Of a stretch of DNA of 64,000 bases, positions 29,564 to 39,756 are shown in pieces. Every line of letters starts with the position of its first letter. Positions within the stretch are counted from its first letter, which is position 1. The DNA lies in IMG/VR virus record IMGVR_UViG_3300024317_000004, positions 8,418 through 72,417 of that record. One strand, 5' to 3'. Below the pieces are notes generated by a model. The model ran no database searches. It was not told the DNA's origin and saw only the letters and a list, made by a program, of their open reading frames with translations. The DNA is from a virus. The position numbers and the translations under genes are program-made.

Positions 29564-29961
29564 TGCGTCTGCGCCGCGTTGGCGGTCTTCCTTGCCGCAA
29601 CTTCTGGCCCGCCAATGTCCCACACGTCCGTTTCTGCTTTGCCAGTCCCTTCTGATTCTTCGGCTGTAGCTGTCCTTCTCTCGAATTGCTCTAGCTTCCT
29701 GGCGTACTCGCGTCTGCCGACTCGTTCCGTCCTTTGCCTGGCCATAGCCCTGCGATCGTACGCATCGGCCGCCGCTCTCTCTGTAGACGACACAGGCGGG
29801 CCTGCGACCGTCTGGCAGCGTGGTCCGTTGATTGTCGCCTCTCCGAAACACACGCGGTGCGTTTCGACCGGATGAAGCCTAACCGTGACGTTGACGTCTT
29901 GGGCCGACGCAGCGCTGGCAAGTAAGCAGGCGACAGCGAAGACGTAGAGTCTTGAGCGCAT
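29560..29961 (-). CDS. secreted protein (moron)
   Basis: signal peptide MRSRLYVFAVACLLASAASA; opposite strand within the tail operon. Confidence 0.6.
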   Translation of the reverse strand: MRSRLYVFAVACLLASAASAQDVNVTVRLHPVETHRVCFGEATINGPRCQTVAGPPVSSTERAAADAYDRRAMARQRTERVGRREYARKLEQFERRTATAEESEGTGKAETDVWDIGGPEVAARKTANAAQTH

Positions 29962-29971
29962 GGGTTGACTT

Positions 29972-30631
29972 CTAGGGCCTATATGCGTGCGGAGCGGTTA
30001 GGTAGTGAGCCGTTGGGTCGCTCGAGCGCATGACCACGTTGGTATAGACGAAGGCTCCGCTGTACGTGCTTATGGACGGAGCGCGTATCTCGACCTGAGT
30101 GTCCGTTAGGGTCGTGATTGTGTAGTTGTCGAGTCTGCCGTCCTGGCCAACGCAACTCAGTCTAGAGTCGATTCCGTTCAAATCTTTGAACAGGGTGCAG
30201 GCAAGCGTTTGCAGGTTATCGTTGATTCTAGAGATGGATTTTGCCTGAAAAGTAATACTCGTTTGTAGCTTTCCGTTTGCCCATATAACGCCCCCAGAAA
30301 CGCTCATATCCGAATAGTCTTCTCGTGGCGCTTGCGCAGCAGACCCGCCGACGCTGATGTTGAACGAGAACGAGTAATCTGGTCGCGGCGGCGGTGCTGG
30401 CACAGGGCAAGAGCAAGTTGGCAGCGCTCCGCCATCGTCCGCATGAGCATCCCGTGTTTCCATCCCAAGAACATCGGCCGCCGCGTCCCGCATCGCCTCA
30501 AGCATGTAGCTCATTGGTCCAGCGTCCGCGCCGGCTTCGACGGACTGCATCGAGGGCACGCCACAAGCGAGAAACACACAATGAATGGATACGGCCCCGA
30601 GTAGCGACCAGCCCACGATCTTCCCTCGCAT
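29972..30631 (-). CDS. putative lipoprotein (moron)
   Basis: MRGKIVGWSLLGAVSIHCVFLAC lipobox-like N-terminus. Confidence 0.6.
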   Translation of the reverse strand: MRGKIVGWSLLGAVSIHCVFLACGVPSMQSVEAGADAGPMSYMLEAMRDAAADVLGMETRDAHADDGGALPTCSCPVPAPPPRPDYSFSFNISVGGSAAQAPREDYSDMSVSGGVIWANGKLQTSITFQAKSISRINDNLQTLACTLFKDLNGIDSRLSCVGQDGRLDNYTITTLTDTQVEIRAPSISTYSGAFVYTNVVMRSSDPTAHYLTAPHAYRP

Positions 30632-30710
30632 ATTGACCCCGCTAGCTACTGCCGCCCCACATTGGCAGTGTTCCAATCGTTATACGGCGCCACTCGCGAA
30701 ACCTTGACCC

Positions 30711-31778
30711 ATGGCCGTAGGCCCTAATTCACTCAAGTCCTTCACGATCACCGAAGACGTGCCCGACGGCCTTTCGGTGGTCCTAGAAGGTAGCGGTATT
30801 CCGTTCGGAAGGCCGCGTGAGATCACGGGTTTTGAGACAGGCGGGCAACTACAGCACGAGAAGATCTACCTGCCTGGACGCACCTCACCGATCTATCAGG
30901 TACAACAGGCGCGCCAGCGCGACCTTGAGTTCAACGGTGCGTTCAGAGACCACCTTAGGGCCCAGGACAGAGACGCCGCACAAGTCGGATGGGCGCGGGA
31001 GATGGTTAGGTCCATCGAACAGGTCCGCAAACGGGCGAACCTCGTCAAGATCGAGTGGGGCAAAGACAGCTGGCTCGGGCTACTCACCGAGACGAAGTTC
31101 GGCTGGGAATCCGAAAGCGACGTTACGTATCACCTGATTTTTGCCATCGCATCCACTGCCGACACGGAGACGCAGGAAGCACCGCAGGCCACCGAGCCAC
31201 AGCGAACGCCAGTCGATATCGCCGCACTGATCCAACGAGATCTTGCAGAGGCTAGAGCACAGTTGGCCGCGTTAGCAGTCAGAGCGAGTGCTTTGCAAAC
31301 CATGGTGACCATCCTCAACGCTGTCGACACCGCGCAACAGGCCGCCCGTGACCTCGCCGAAGCTGTGACCACGTCCGCTACCGTATCCCGCGCCGCAGCG
31401 AATGCTGCAGCAGCCAGAGTGGATGGCGCGGGGCGTGCCACGCAGGATGCTTCGAGGGCCATCATCAAGATGCTGTCCGGCACAAAGACGCTGGCGATTG
31501 TACCCGACGGTGACCCATCGCTGACGCTGTCGTGGCTCTCGGCGAGCACCGCGACGCTCATTGCAGCCGATGGCGCCATTGATCGAGCGCGGTCACTGCG
31601 TGCCTCGGCTCGCTCGAGCGTGACGAAGACGGCGCGTGTTTACGTCGTTCGAAGCGGTGACACGCTGGAGTCGATAGCCCGGAGCGAGATGGGCGATGCG
31701 TCGCGTTCGGGCGAACTTGGCGTCAGGTCCGATGAACTCCGCCCTGGCTTGAACATTCGCATACCCGAATCAGCCTAA
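30711..31778 (+). CDS. tube initiator with C-terminal LysM domain
   Basis: YVVRSGDTLESIA...LRPGLNIRIP. Confidence 0.75.
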   Translation: MAVGPNSLKSFTITEDVPDGLSVVLEGSGIPFGRPREITGFETGGQLQHEKIYLPGRTSPIYQVQQARQRDLEFNGAFRDHLRAQDRDAAQVGWAREMVRSIEQVRKRANLVKIEWGKDSWLGLLTETKFGWESESDVTYHLIFAIASTADTETQEAPQATEPQRTPVDIAALIQRDLAEARAQLAALAVRASALQTMVTILNAVDTAQQAARDLAEAVTTSATVSRAAANAAAARVDGAGRATQDASRAIIKMLSGTKTLAIVPDGDPSLTLSWLSASTATLIAADGAIDRARSLRASARSSVTKTARVYVVRSGDTLESIARSEMGDASRSGELGVRSDELRPGLNIRIPESA

Positions 31779-32461
31779 TGTCCTTCGTCCAGCTACTTGC
31801 AACGTCGCCCTACCGCGTCAGGGTGACCCTGGGCCAGTCCGTCTCTACGTACACGCCCGGCATCCTGGTCGCCACGAACTGGTCGATTGCCCGCGTCGAC
31901 GGTGCTGGCGGCGTTCCGGTCTCGGTCACGTTCGCGTTTCAGACGGATGTTACGTCGCTGGAACTCGCGCTCTCCTCCCCGCTCCTCGACGGCATCCAGT
32001 ACACGCTGTCCGAGTCACCGGCGGGCTCTGGCGTTGTGGCATGGCGCGCGCCGGTTACGCAGTCGACGCAGCAGCAGGGCGTTGCCAGTGATCCGGAAGC
32101 AGAAGCATTAGGAGTGGACATTGATTTTCTTGCAGCCTCTCTCGACGCCACCGGAGACATGCCCGAGATTCGCGGCAAGAACTGCCTCGCCAACGATCTC
32201 ATATGCATCGCCCTCACCTCGCCCAGCGAGCTGTTCCATCGGCCCGCCGAGGGCGGCGACATGCTCAGCGAAGTCAACGCACCGGGCAACGATCCGGATG
32301 CCGTAGGACGCCGATTGCGGGCCACGTGGTCCAAAGACCGCAGGGTGAAGAGCATCGGTCCGATTGAGATCACAGACGACGGTCAAGGCAGCCTCACCGC
32401 GAGCACGGCCGTACAGACCGTGCCACTCCCTGAGCCGCTCACGATTCGAGTCACCACGTAA
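31778..32461 (+). CDS. baseplate wedge (gp25-like C-terminus)
   Basis: SELFHRPAEGG...DRRVKSI. Confidence 0.65.
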   Translation: MSFVQLLATSPYRVRVTLGQSVSTYTPGILVATNWSIARVDGAGGVPVSVTFAFQTDVTSLELALSSPLLDGIQYTLSESPAGSGVVAWRAPVTQSTQQQGVASDPEAEALGVDIDFLAASLDATGDMPEIRGKNCLANDLICIALTSPSELFHRPAEGGDMLSEVNAPGNDPDAVGRRLRATWSKDRRVKSIGPIEITDDGQGSLTASTAVQTVPLPEPLTIRVTT

Positions 32462-33624
32462 TGTCCGTAGCACTCCCAACGGTTGATGAACTCGCCGCCG
32501 CAGGTCGCGCAGCCTTCCGCAAGTCCATCGACCCCGATGGCACCGGTGCGGTCGACCTCGCTGCCGGCAGTCGTAACGATACGGCAATCAGCGCGCTCAC
32601 GGCGATTGCCAACCGGATCCTGGCCTACGTCCTGGACCGCGTCGCAGCGGCCCGTATTGCCAGCGCTACCGGCGATGACCTCGATGCCGCGGCACTGGAC
32701 TGGTACGGCGAGTTCCGCAAGCAAGACGTCGCTGCTACGGGTTTCGTCGAGCTAACACGTCCTGGCACTGGCCTCACGTCCATCCCGCTCGGGTCCAGGT
32801 TCGCGATACCCGCATCCGCAGGCCAGCCTGCCATCACGTTTCAGGCTTCCCAAGACGTCTCGGTTGAATTTGCGTCCCTCACGGCCGTAGTGCCCATCGA
32901 GTGCACGCAGACGGGCACGCAGGGCAACATCGGGACGCCGCTCAAGATCACGGCGGTCCTGGACACGTTGCCTGACAGCACGTGGACGCCGAACACGGCC
33001 TACAGCGCCGTCATCGGTGGCGGCGGTGACCGCGAGAACGATGACCAGTTCAAAGCGCGCCTACGCCTCACCACGCCTCAGGCCGAACGGCAGCGAGGCA
33101 CCAAGGCCGCCATTGACACCGGTGCCTTTCGGGTCGCAGGCGTGACCTTCGAGACAGCTATAGAGCCCAACGACGGCACGGTGGTTTTGTACGCTGGCGA
33201 TAGCGCGTTCAATCTGCCGACGGCACTGAAGCAAGCTATCGACACCGAGCTGCTCAACTGGCGCTGCTTCGGCGTGCCGGTCATTGCCCGCTCGTACAAC
33301 GTACAGACGGTGCAGGTCACTGCAGTCGTGCACATGGCTCGCTCGCTTGCGAATTACGACCAAGCTGCGGTCGTGAGTGACGCCGTGCAGCGGGTGATTG
33401 ATTACTTCGAAGCGCGGCCGAATCCCGATGAGTATTGGCGTGACGCCGTAATCGGCGCGCTCTTCAAGGCTCATGCAGAGGTACAGCACGTCATCCTTTC
33501 AGCGCCATCGTCTGATCAGCCTCGCCCGACCGACGCTGGTTATGGGTCGGTAACAGCGCTCGATCGATTCAAAGCCGATGCGTCGTCCATCGCGATCACC
33601 ATACTCGGCCCGCAGACTTCGTAG
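32461..33624 (+). CDS. baseplate J-like protein
   Basis: SATGDDLD, CTQTGTQGN, GGGDRENDDQFKAR. Confidence 0.9.
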   Translation: MSVALPTVDELAAAGRAAFRKSIDPDGTGAVDLAAGSRNDTAISALTAIANRILAYVLDRVAAARIASATGDDLDAAALDWYGEFRKQDVAATGFVELTRPGTGLTSIPLGSRFAIPASAGQPAITFQASQDVSVEFASLTAVVPIECTQTGTQGNIGTPLKITAVLDTLPDSTWTPNTAYSAVIGGGGDRENDDQFKARLRLTTPQAERQRGTKAAIDTGAFRVAGVTFETAIEPNDGTVVLYAGDSAFNLPTALKQAIDTELLNWRCFGVPVIARSYNVQTVQVTAVVHMARSLANYDQAAVVSDAVQRVIDYFEARPNPDEYWRDAVIGALFKAHAEVQHVILSAPSSDQPRPTDAGYGSVTALDRFKADASSIAITILGPQTS

Positions 33625-33629
33625 GAACC

Positions 33630-34172
33630 ATGGCCTCTTATCCCGACACGCTTCTGCGGAATAGCCCGCCCACTCAGGACCCCGACTACGGCGGCGCATC
33701 TGCTTCGAAGTGGGGCAAGCTCTCGATCGCTTGGGTCAACAGCGTTCTGCAGTTCTTCGAGGGTGTTTACCTAAACATCATCTACCAGCCGAATGGGCGA
33801 ATCTTCGTTGTCGTCCAGCAGGCTGTTGCCGCTGGGGATGTTGTGTGTTTGTTTCCTGACGTCCCCATCAGCAATGCTCGTTACTGGGCGCAGCGGTATG
33901 CCGCTACCATCGGCGGCAACGCGACAACCAACGTTCAGATCCTCGGTGTAGCTATGAAGCCGGCATCGTCGGGTGTGGCTGCAGAGGTCGCTCCGTATGG
34001 AATCATTCCAGCTTCTGTAACAGGGCTCATTGCAACGTCCGGCACATCGTTTGATGTAGGGCTGAATGCTGCTAATGGGCGCATGCGCAGCGCGCAGGCT
34101 GGTGACGTGATCCTGGGTCGCTGCGACGGACAGTCGAACATGTTGTTCAGTGGCCATGGCGAGGCCGTATGA
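33630..34172 (+). CDS. hypothetical virion protein
   Basis: ORF in the baseplate operon. Confidence 0.55.
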   Translation: MASYPDTLLRNSPPTQDPDYGGASASKWGKLSIAWVNSVLQFFEGVYLNIIYQPNGRIFVVVQQAVAAGDVVCLFPDVPISNARYWAQRYAATIGGNATTNVQILGVAMKPASSGVAAEVAPYGIIPASVTGLIATSGTSFDVGLNAANGRMRSAQAGDVILGRCDGQSNMLFSGHGEAV

Positions 34173-34996
34173 ACCTCGATGCGGACGTCGATCTGCCCGA
34201 TGAGTACGATCTCTGCCCTGACCGCAACGACCAGATTCTACCCACGCTCGACGACGCAATGGCGCTGCTGCCAGGCTGGGCGCAGCGGCTGGATAGCCCC
34301 GTTCGCGACGCATTGCTCGAAGCGTGGCGCGCGATGGCGAACATGCTGCAGGCGAAGCTTGGGCAGTTCATTGCGCAGACCTATTCGCCACGCACCGCAG
34401 AAGACACGTGGCTCGACGAATTCGGGCAACTGCTACATCAGCCCAAAACGGGCAACGAGAGCGAAGGCGAGTACCGCGCGCGCTTGCTGGCACGTGGTGA
34501 CGTCGTCAGCCCCAATGCCATCAAGGCTGCTGTGGACGCGCTCGTCGCGAAGGTCTCGCCCATCGCTCCGGTGTACCTAGAGCCAGCCACGGACGCGATC
34601 TTCTGGTCGGACCTCGGTAGCCCATGGACAGCCTTCTGGCAGCCCGTAGACCACAGGCTGTGGGCCGACTACCCGGATAACATCAACCCCCACGTCGGCG
34701 TCTATTGGGTACCCGACGTTGAGTACGCGCTGTTTTGGATCGTGCTGCCGGGCGACTCTGGCGCCTCGGAGCCACAGGTCTACTGCCAGCCAAACGATGA
34801 AGGCGCGCCAGGAACGCAGTGGATCAACCTGTTCAATGACCCCTCGTTCGTGATGCCGGTCAACACCGAGGTCGGCTTTGTGTTCGCAAACGACACGCCG
34901 CTGCTTGAGCAGATCGCATCGAGCGTGAACACGATTCGCGGTGGCGGCGTGACCTGGATGGCCTTCAGCGATTTCGGAATCGCCTCAGCGCTCTAG
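34169..34996 (+). CDS. baseplate wedge / tail protein I-like
   Basis: TAEDTWLDEFG...NESEGEYRARL. Confidence 0.7.
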   Translation: MNLDADVDLPDEYDLCPDRNDQILPTLDDAMALLPGWAQRLDSPVRDALLEAWRAMANMLQAKLGQFIAQTYSPRTAEDTWLDEFGQLLHQPKTGNESEGEYRARLLARGDVVSPNAIKAAVDALVAKVSPIAPVYLEPATDAIFWSDLGSPWTAFWQPVDHRLWADYPDNINPHVGVYWVPDVEYALFWIVLPGDSGASEPQVYCQPNDEGAPGTQWINLFNDPSFVMPVNTEVGFVFANDTPLLEQIASSVNTIRGGGVTWMAFSDFGIASAL

Positions 34997-35008
34997 CGAA
35001 AGAAACAT

Positions 35009-36196
35009 ATGGGCAATCGAATTGTCATCACGCCTGGCGCTGCGGCCACGGCCGTCGATATGCAGCGTCTTGCAGACGTGGCATGCACGGCCGAGGACCG
35101 TGTCTCGGACACGTTATTCACCCCCGCGTGGGCCGGCGATGGCGTCTTCGACAAAAAAGTCTTCCCCCTGGTCCCAGAGCCTAGCCTCTCGCCATACGTA
35201 CGCCCTCGCCTGGTGTACCCAGGTACGATTACCGGTGGCGTAGACATCCTGCCAGCGTTCTACGAGGTGGGCGCGCCGGGTGCCGTTTCTGCGAACGCGA
35301 ACACTATAAGGCAATCCGCTTCGAAGCAGACGCTCTACTCGCTGCCGGCTACGGCATTCCCATCATCGGTTGGCCCGCGTATCGACCTCGTATACGCGAA
35401 GGTCGAACTTGTCGATACGGTCGAGTCACGCAAGTACAAAGATCCGAACACGGGCGCGGTAACGACGTCGCCCGTGACGCTCTATAGCACGCCGACGGTC
35501 ACGTTTGGCGTGGTCACTGGCGCCGACGATGGGTCGCTCACCGTCGGTGATGTGCCTGCTGACACGGCATCTGCGTGGCATTTCCCGCTCGCGTTCCTTT
35601 TCTTGGACAACGGCAGCGGTGGCGCTTGGACGCAAGGCACCGCGATTGCGCAGACTCGCATCAACCAGTTTTGGGACAGCGGGTGGATACGTCGGCACAG
35701 GGTGCAGCTCGCCGAGGCCGCGAGCATCATGTCCGATGCGTATGTACCCAGCGTCAACGGCCGCGCATCAACGCCTCTTAGCAACCGGTGGGGTGCCAGC
35801 ATCGCCGTATCCGGGATTCTGCAGAACTACGCCGCAGACCCCGGTGTATTCAAGGTCTTCGACAACCAGCACGATTGGTCACGACGGTTCGCCAAGATCT
35901 ATGCGGGCTACCTTGCCGACAGCATTGGCAACGCAGCCACACCCGACGGCACATCGCCAGCGCCTGCCCGGTTCGACCCGACCACGAACGTCATGAGCAC
36001 GTTCCAGTTCATTGGCGCAACCGCAGGCTCTCGCTACCTGCTGCAAGATTGGAACGTCGGCTCGACCGAGCACCTCAAGTTTTATCTGAGCACAACCGGT
36101 GCCATCGAGGTGGAGTTCATAGGTGGCCCGCTCGGCGGCGGCGGTTCCTCTGTCTACGTCATCCTGATCGAAGCTTCGGACCAGTTCAAGCTCTAG
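35009..36196 (+). CDS. tail/baseplate protein, paralog A1
   Basis: shares motifs with the next ORF (DKKVFPL, LVYPG-ITGGV, RIDLVYA, YSTPTVT, EASD-FK). Confidence 0.65.
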   Translation: MGNRIVITPGAAATAVDMQRLADVACTAEDRVSDTLFTPAWAGDGVFDKKVFPLVPEPSLSPYVRPRLVYPGTITGGVDILPAFYEVGAPGAVSANANTIRQSASKQTLYSLPATAFPSSVGPRIDLVYAKVELVDTVESRKYKDPNTGAVTTSPVTLYSTPTVTFGVVTGADDGSLTVGDVPADTASAWHFPLAFLFLDNGSGGAWTQGTAIAQTRINQFWDSGWIRRHRVQLAEAASIMSDAYVPSVNGRASTPLSNRWGASIAVSGILQNYAADPGVFKVFDNQHDWSRRFAKIYAGYLADSIGNAATPDGTSPAPARFDPTTNVMSTFQFIGATAGSRYLLQDWNVGSTEHLKFYLSTTGAIEVEFIGGPLGGGGSSVYVILIEASDQFKL

Positions 36197-36202
36197 GAAG
36201 CC

Positions 36203-37417
36203 ATGGGAACCCGCAAAGTTTGGAACGACGGCGAGGCATTCTCGACAGTCGAAGCGCAGCGTGCTGCCGATGCTGCAGCGACCGCTGAAGAGCGCGCTTG
36301 GCAACTGCTGGCTACGCCAGAGTTCCAGGGCTCCAGCACGTACGACAAGCGTGTCTTCCCGCTCATCCACGAGCCTCAGGACACGTCGTACAACTACGGC
36401 AGGTCCTTAGTCTACCCAGGTGCCATTACTGGCGGCGTTACCATCCTGCCGGCCGTCTACACCGTCGGTGCGACGGGCAACGACACGAGTGACGCGAGCG
36501 AGATGATCTTCTCGGCAACGCGTCTGACAACAGTCGATTTGCCGGCGTCGTCCTTCCCGACCTCAGTAACCAATGGCCGCACCGACCTCGTCTACGCGTT
36601 GATTCAACGAACCGCGACGACTGCCAACCGTAGAATCAAGGACACAACGACCGGCAACGTTTCGACGCAGACCGTTACGGTTTACAGCACACCGACGGTT
36701 ACCATCGACGTGGCACACGGTCCCGCAGACGGCACGTTTGACCCGCCCGCGTTGCCGGCGGATAGCTCAACGGCTTGGTACGTCCCGCTTGCTTTTCTGA
36801 CCCTGGACGACGGCGCGGGCGGACCCTGGACGCAAGGGAACACGATCTCGCGATTCCGCATCTTCGAGGCGTGGCCAGCCGGCTGGATCAAACGCAGCCG
36901 CATTCAGGTGACTGCCGCTGCGTCGTTGATGACGGACGTCGTCTACAACCCAAGCGCGAACGGCAGGTCATCCGCAGGACTCACGAATCAGTGGGGATCC
37001 AATCTTCGGAAATGCGCCGTTCTGCAGCGCAAGACCGCTGGCTCTGGCACTTATGCTGTGTTTGACAACAAGCACGACTGGCGACGTCGTTATGCGAAGA
37101 TCTCCATCGGTAGGGTTGTGACAACCGTCGGCGGGTCCACATCGATACCACCCGAGACCGACGGCGGCTCAACAACTGGCAAAGCGTTCAATGAGACGTC
37201 GACCGGGTTCTACTGGATCAACTCCGACGAAACAGGCACCAGTGGCGGCGCCTACGCTGCGGTGCTCGATTGGTCGGTCGGTGGCGACGCACAGAAGCGA
37301 TTGCTCATCGGCGTGAACAATCAGACAGGCGCACTGGGCTTCGCATTCGCGGGCACCGACGCGACCGAGTCTCACTTTATCGTCGAAATCGAAGCAAGCG
37401 ACCCGTTCAAGTTCTGA
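36203..37417 (+). CDS. tail/baseplate protein, paralog A2
   Basis: tandem paralog of 35009-36196. Confidence 0.65.
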   Translation: MGTRKVWNDGEAFSTVEAQRAADAAATAEERAWQLLATPEFQGSSTYDKRVFPLIHEPQDTSYNYGRSLVYPGAITGGVTILPAVYTVGATGNDTSDASEMIFSATRLTTVDLPASSFPTSVTNGRTDLVYALIQRTATTANRRIKDTTTGNVSTQTVTVYSTPTVTIDVAHGPADGTFDPPALPADSSTAWYVPLAFLTLDDGAGGPWTQGNTISRFRIFEAWPAGWIKRSRIQVTAAASLMTDVVYNPSANGRSSAGLTNQWGSNLRKCAVLQRKTAGSGTYAVFDNKHDWRRRYAKISIGRVVTTVGGSTSIPPETDGGSTTGKAFNETSTGFYWINSDETGTSGGAYAAVLDWSVGGDAQKRLLIGVNNQTGALGFAFAGTDATESHFIVEIEASDPFKF

Positions 37418-37423
37418 ACCAAC

Positions 37424-38395
37424 ATGGGATTTATCAGCCTTATACGCACGGCCGCTGGACGCATGGCGGTCAAGCTCGATGCGCTCCGTATTACGGGCGG
37501 GTCCAACTCGCTCAACCTCCTTGTCTACGATTCGTCAGAGAACGCGTACATCCCAACGAATCCGTCCGCGATTAACGTCCACACGCCTGGATACTCCGGA
37601 GACGGCCGTGACGGTGCGGTTCACTACACCACGAATACCACGCTCACGCAGGATATTCGAGCAACCACGCTGCTTGTCGACGTGGGCGTGTCGCTCAACG
37701 TTGCAGGCTTTGAGATCAGCGCAACCACGTCCATCACGAACAACGGCACGATTCACGACAACGGCGCCAATGCGTCCGGGGCTACACCAGGCACGAATCG
37801 AGACCCCACGACGTGCAGTGTCGCCCTGGCTGGCGGAGATGGCGGAGCGCGAACGGCAGCCGGCGGAGTCACGAAGACGTCTCCGGTGCTTGGTGGTGGT
37901 CTACTTACTCCGGAGCCTTTTGGAGCGAGCGGCGGCGCGGGAGCTGGGACTGGTCACGGAGCAGGCGGCAACAATAGCACCTCGTTCACGTTCGACGTGA
38001 ACGTGCGTAGTCCATTCTCCGGCCCAAGCCCGATGAGCATCGGGCTTATCTTGGGTTCCGCGGGTCAGTTTGAGGTCGTAACGCTTGGCTGCGGCGGCGG
38101 CGGCGGGAATGCCTCGACCGGCGGTACTGGAGGTGGCGGCGGCGGAGTCGTAAGACTCGGATCCCCGTTGATCATCAACAACGGCACAATCTCTGCCAAG
38201 GGCGGCAACGGCAGCGCTGGCACGGCATCTGGTGGCTCAGGCGGTGGAGGCGGTGGGGGCGGTCGCATCATCATCGTTGGCAATCTAACTGTGGCCGGCA
38301 CGCTCAACGTCTCCGGTGGCACCGGCGGCGCGGGCAACGGTTCCGGGACAGCTGGCACCAATGGGCAAGCTGGATCCGTTCACCTGTTCAACTGA
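37424..38395 (+). CDS. glycine-rich virion protein, paralog B1
   Basis: GDGRDGAVHYTTNTTL, GGGGGGGRIII. Confidence 0.65.
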   Translation: MGFISLIRTAAGRMAVKLDALRITGGSNSLNLLVYDSSENAYIPTNPSAINVHTPGYSGDGRDGAVHYTTNTTLTQDIRATTLLVDVGVSLNVAGFEISATTSITNNGTIHDNGANASGATPGTNRDPTTCSVALAGGDGGARTAAGGVTKTSPVLGGGLLTPEPFGASGGAGAGTGHGAGGNNSTSFTFDVNVRSPFSGPSPMSIGLILGSAGQFEVVTLGCGGGGGNASTGGTGGGGGGVVRLGSPLIINNGTISAKGGNGSAGTASGGSGGGGGGGGRIIIVGNLTVAGTLNVSGGTGGAGNGSGTAGTNGQAGSVHLFN

Positions 38396-39393
38396 TGCGT
38401 CTCGTAAAACTTGTTCGTACTGCAGCAGGCAGACTCGCTGCGGTTGTTGGAGCGGTCCGTATATCCGACGCGTCGTCGGATCTGAGTCTTCCGATCTACG
38501 ATCCGTCCGAAGACGCTTTCGTTCCTGGGAAGCCTGACTCGGTCGTGCGTATCCCTGGGTTCTTCGGAGACGGCAAAGATGGCGCAGTTCACTACACTAC
38601 CAACACGACGCTCGCCCAAGACGTCAGGGCCGTCACGGTCCTTGTGGACCAAGGCGTTGTCGTCAATCAAAACGGCTTCGAAATCAGCGCAAACTTTTCG
38701 ATTGTGAACAACGGCACGATTCACGACAACGGCGCAGACGCTTTTGGTGGTGCCCGCGGAGAACAAAGATCTCTGCTTAACTCGTGCGGGCTCGCTGGTG
38801 GGCAAGGCGGGTTCCCGGGAGTGATAGGGAACCCCTCGCGAAGCCTATTCGTAGAGACTGCCGGGAGCGGTTATTATTTTACCTCCGAATCTCTTGGCGC
38901 CAGTGGAGGCGATGGCGGCGGTCCATCGGGCGGTGGCGGTGGAGACAATTCAACTTCCTGGGCCTCGTCGACGATCGGGAGCGGCCCATTCGTTGGACTG
39001 GATCCTACAAGCTGCACATTTTTATTCGACCCCACCGCGCTTGATAGTCCAGCCGCAGGCATTGGCAGCTTGTCGCTTGGAGCCGGAGGCGGTGGCGGCA
39101 CGGATCCGGATGGTGGTGGTGGTGGCGCTGGTGGTGGCATCGTCCGCCTGCGCTCATTGCGCTTTACCAACAACGGCCTCATCTCTGCGCGCGGCGGCAA
39201 TGGCGGAAACGCGGTTGCAGGCAATAGCGGCGGAGGTGGAGGCGGTGGGGGCGGTCGCATTGTGATCGTTTCCTCGCAGCTCGTTCAAGGCACGCTCAGT
39301 GTATCCGGCGGCATCGGCGGCTCTGGTCTTGGGACCGGCACTTCTGGGGCAAGTGGCCAAAGCGGCACGATTCACATCTTTGGTAATAACTGA
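38395..39393 (+). CDS. glycine-rich virion protein, paralog B2
   Basis: tandem paralog of 37424-38395. Confidence 0.65.
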   Translation: MRLVKLVRTAAGRLAAVVGAVRISDASSDLSLPIYDPSEDAFVPGKPDSVVRIPGFFGDGKDGAVHYTTNTTLAQDVRAVTVLVDQGVVVNQNGFEISANFSIVNNGTIHDNGADAFGGARGEQRSLLNSCGLAGGQGGFPGVIGNPSRSLFVETAGSGYYFTSESLGASGGDGGGPSGGGGGDNSTSWASSTIGSGPFVGLDPTSCTFLFDPTALDSPAAGIGSLSLGAGGGGGTDPDGGGGGAGGGIVRLRSLRFTNNGLISARGGNGGNAVAGNSGGGGGGGGGRIVIVSSQLVQGTLSVSGGIGGSGLGTGTSGASGQSGTIHIFGNN

Positions 39394-39756
39394 ATGCTAG
39401 CAAAACGTGATGACGTGATCGTGCCGCAAGGCGCGACCTATCGACGCGTGTACCAGCTTTTGGACACGGATCTGACGGGCTATGCGGTGCATTCGCAGTT
39501 CCGCGATAGGCCGAACGGCACCGTACTCCTCGATCTGTCGCATCCGCCCGTGAACGGATCCGGAATCACGGTCGACGTTCAGCAAACCGATGACGGCCGT
39601 CCGATCACGATTTTGACCGTGCTCGCGCTGCAGGATCTGACCACGCCACTTGCGCCAGGGACTGCCGTTCATGACATTAAGATCACGAGCCCTGGCGGCG
39701 AAGCGGATCGCATCGTCGAAGGCATCGTCATGATCACCGCAGAGGTCACGCAGTGA
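39394..39756 (+). CDS. fibre-associated adaptor protein (putative)
   Basis: QGATY...DLTGY...HDIKITSPGG...RIVEG...EVT pattern common upstream of fibre genes. Confidence 0.55.
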   Translation: MLAKRDDVIVPQGATYRRVYQLLDTDLTGYAVHSQFRDRPNGTVLLDLSHPPVNGSGITVDVQQTDDGRPITILTVLALQDLTTPLAPGTAVHDIKITSPGGEADRIVEGIVMITAEVTQ

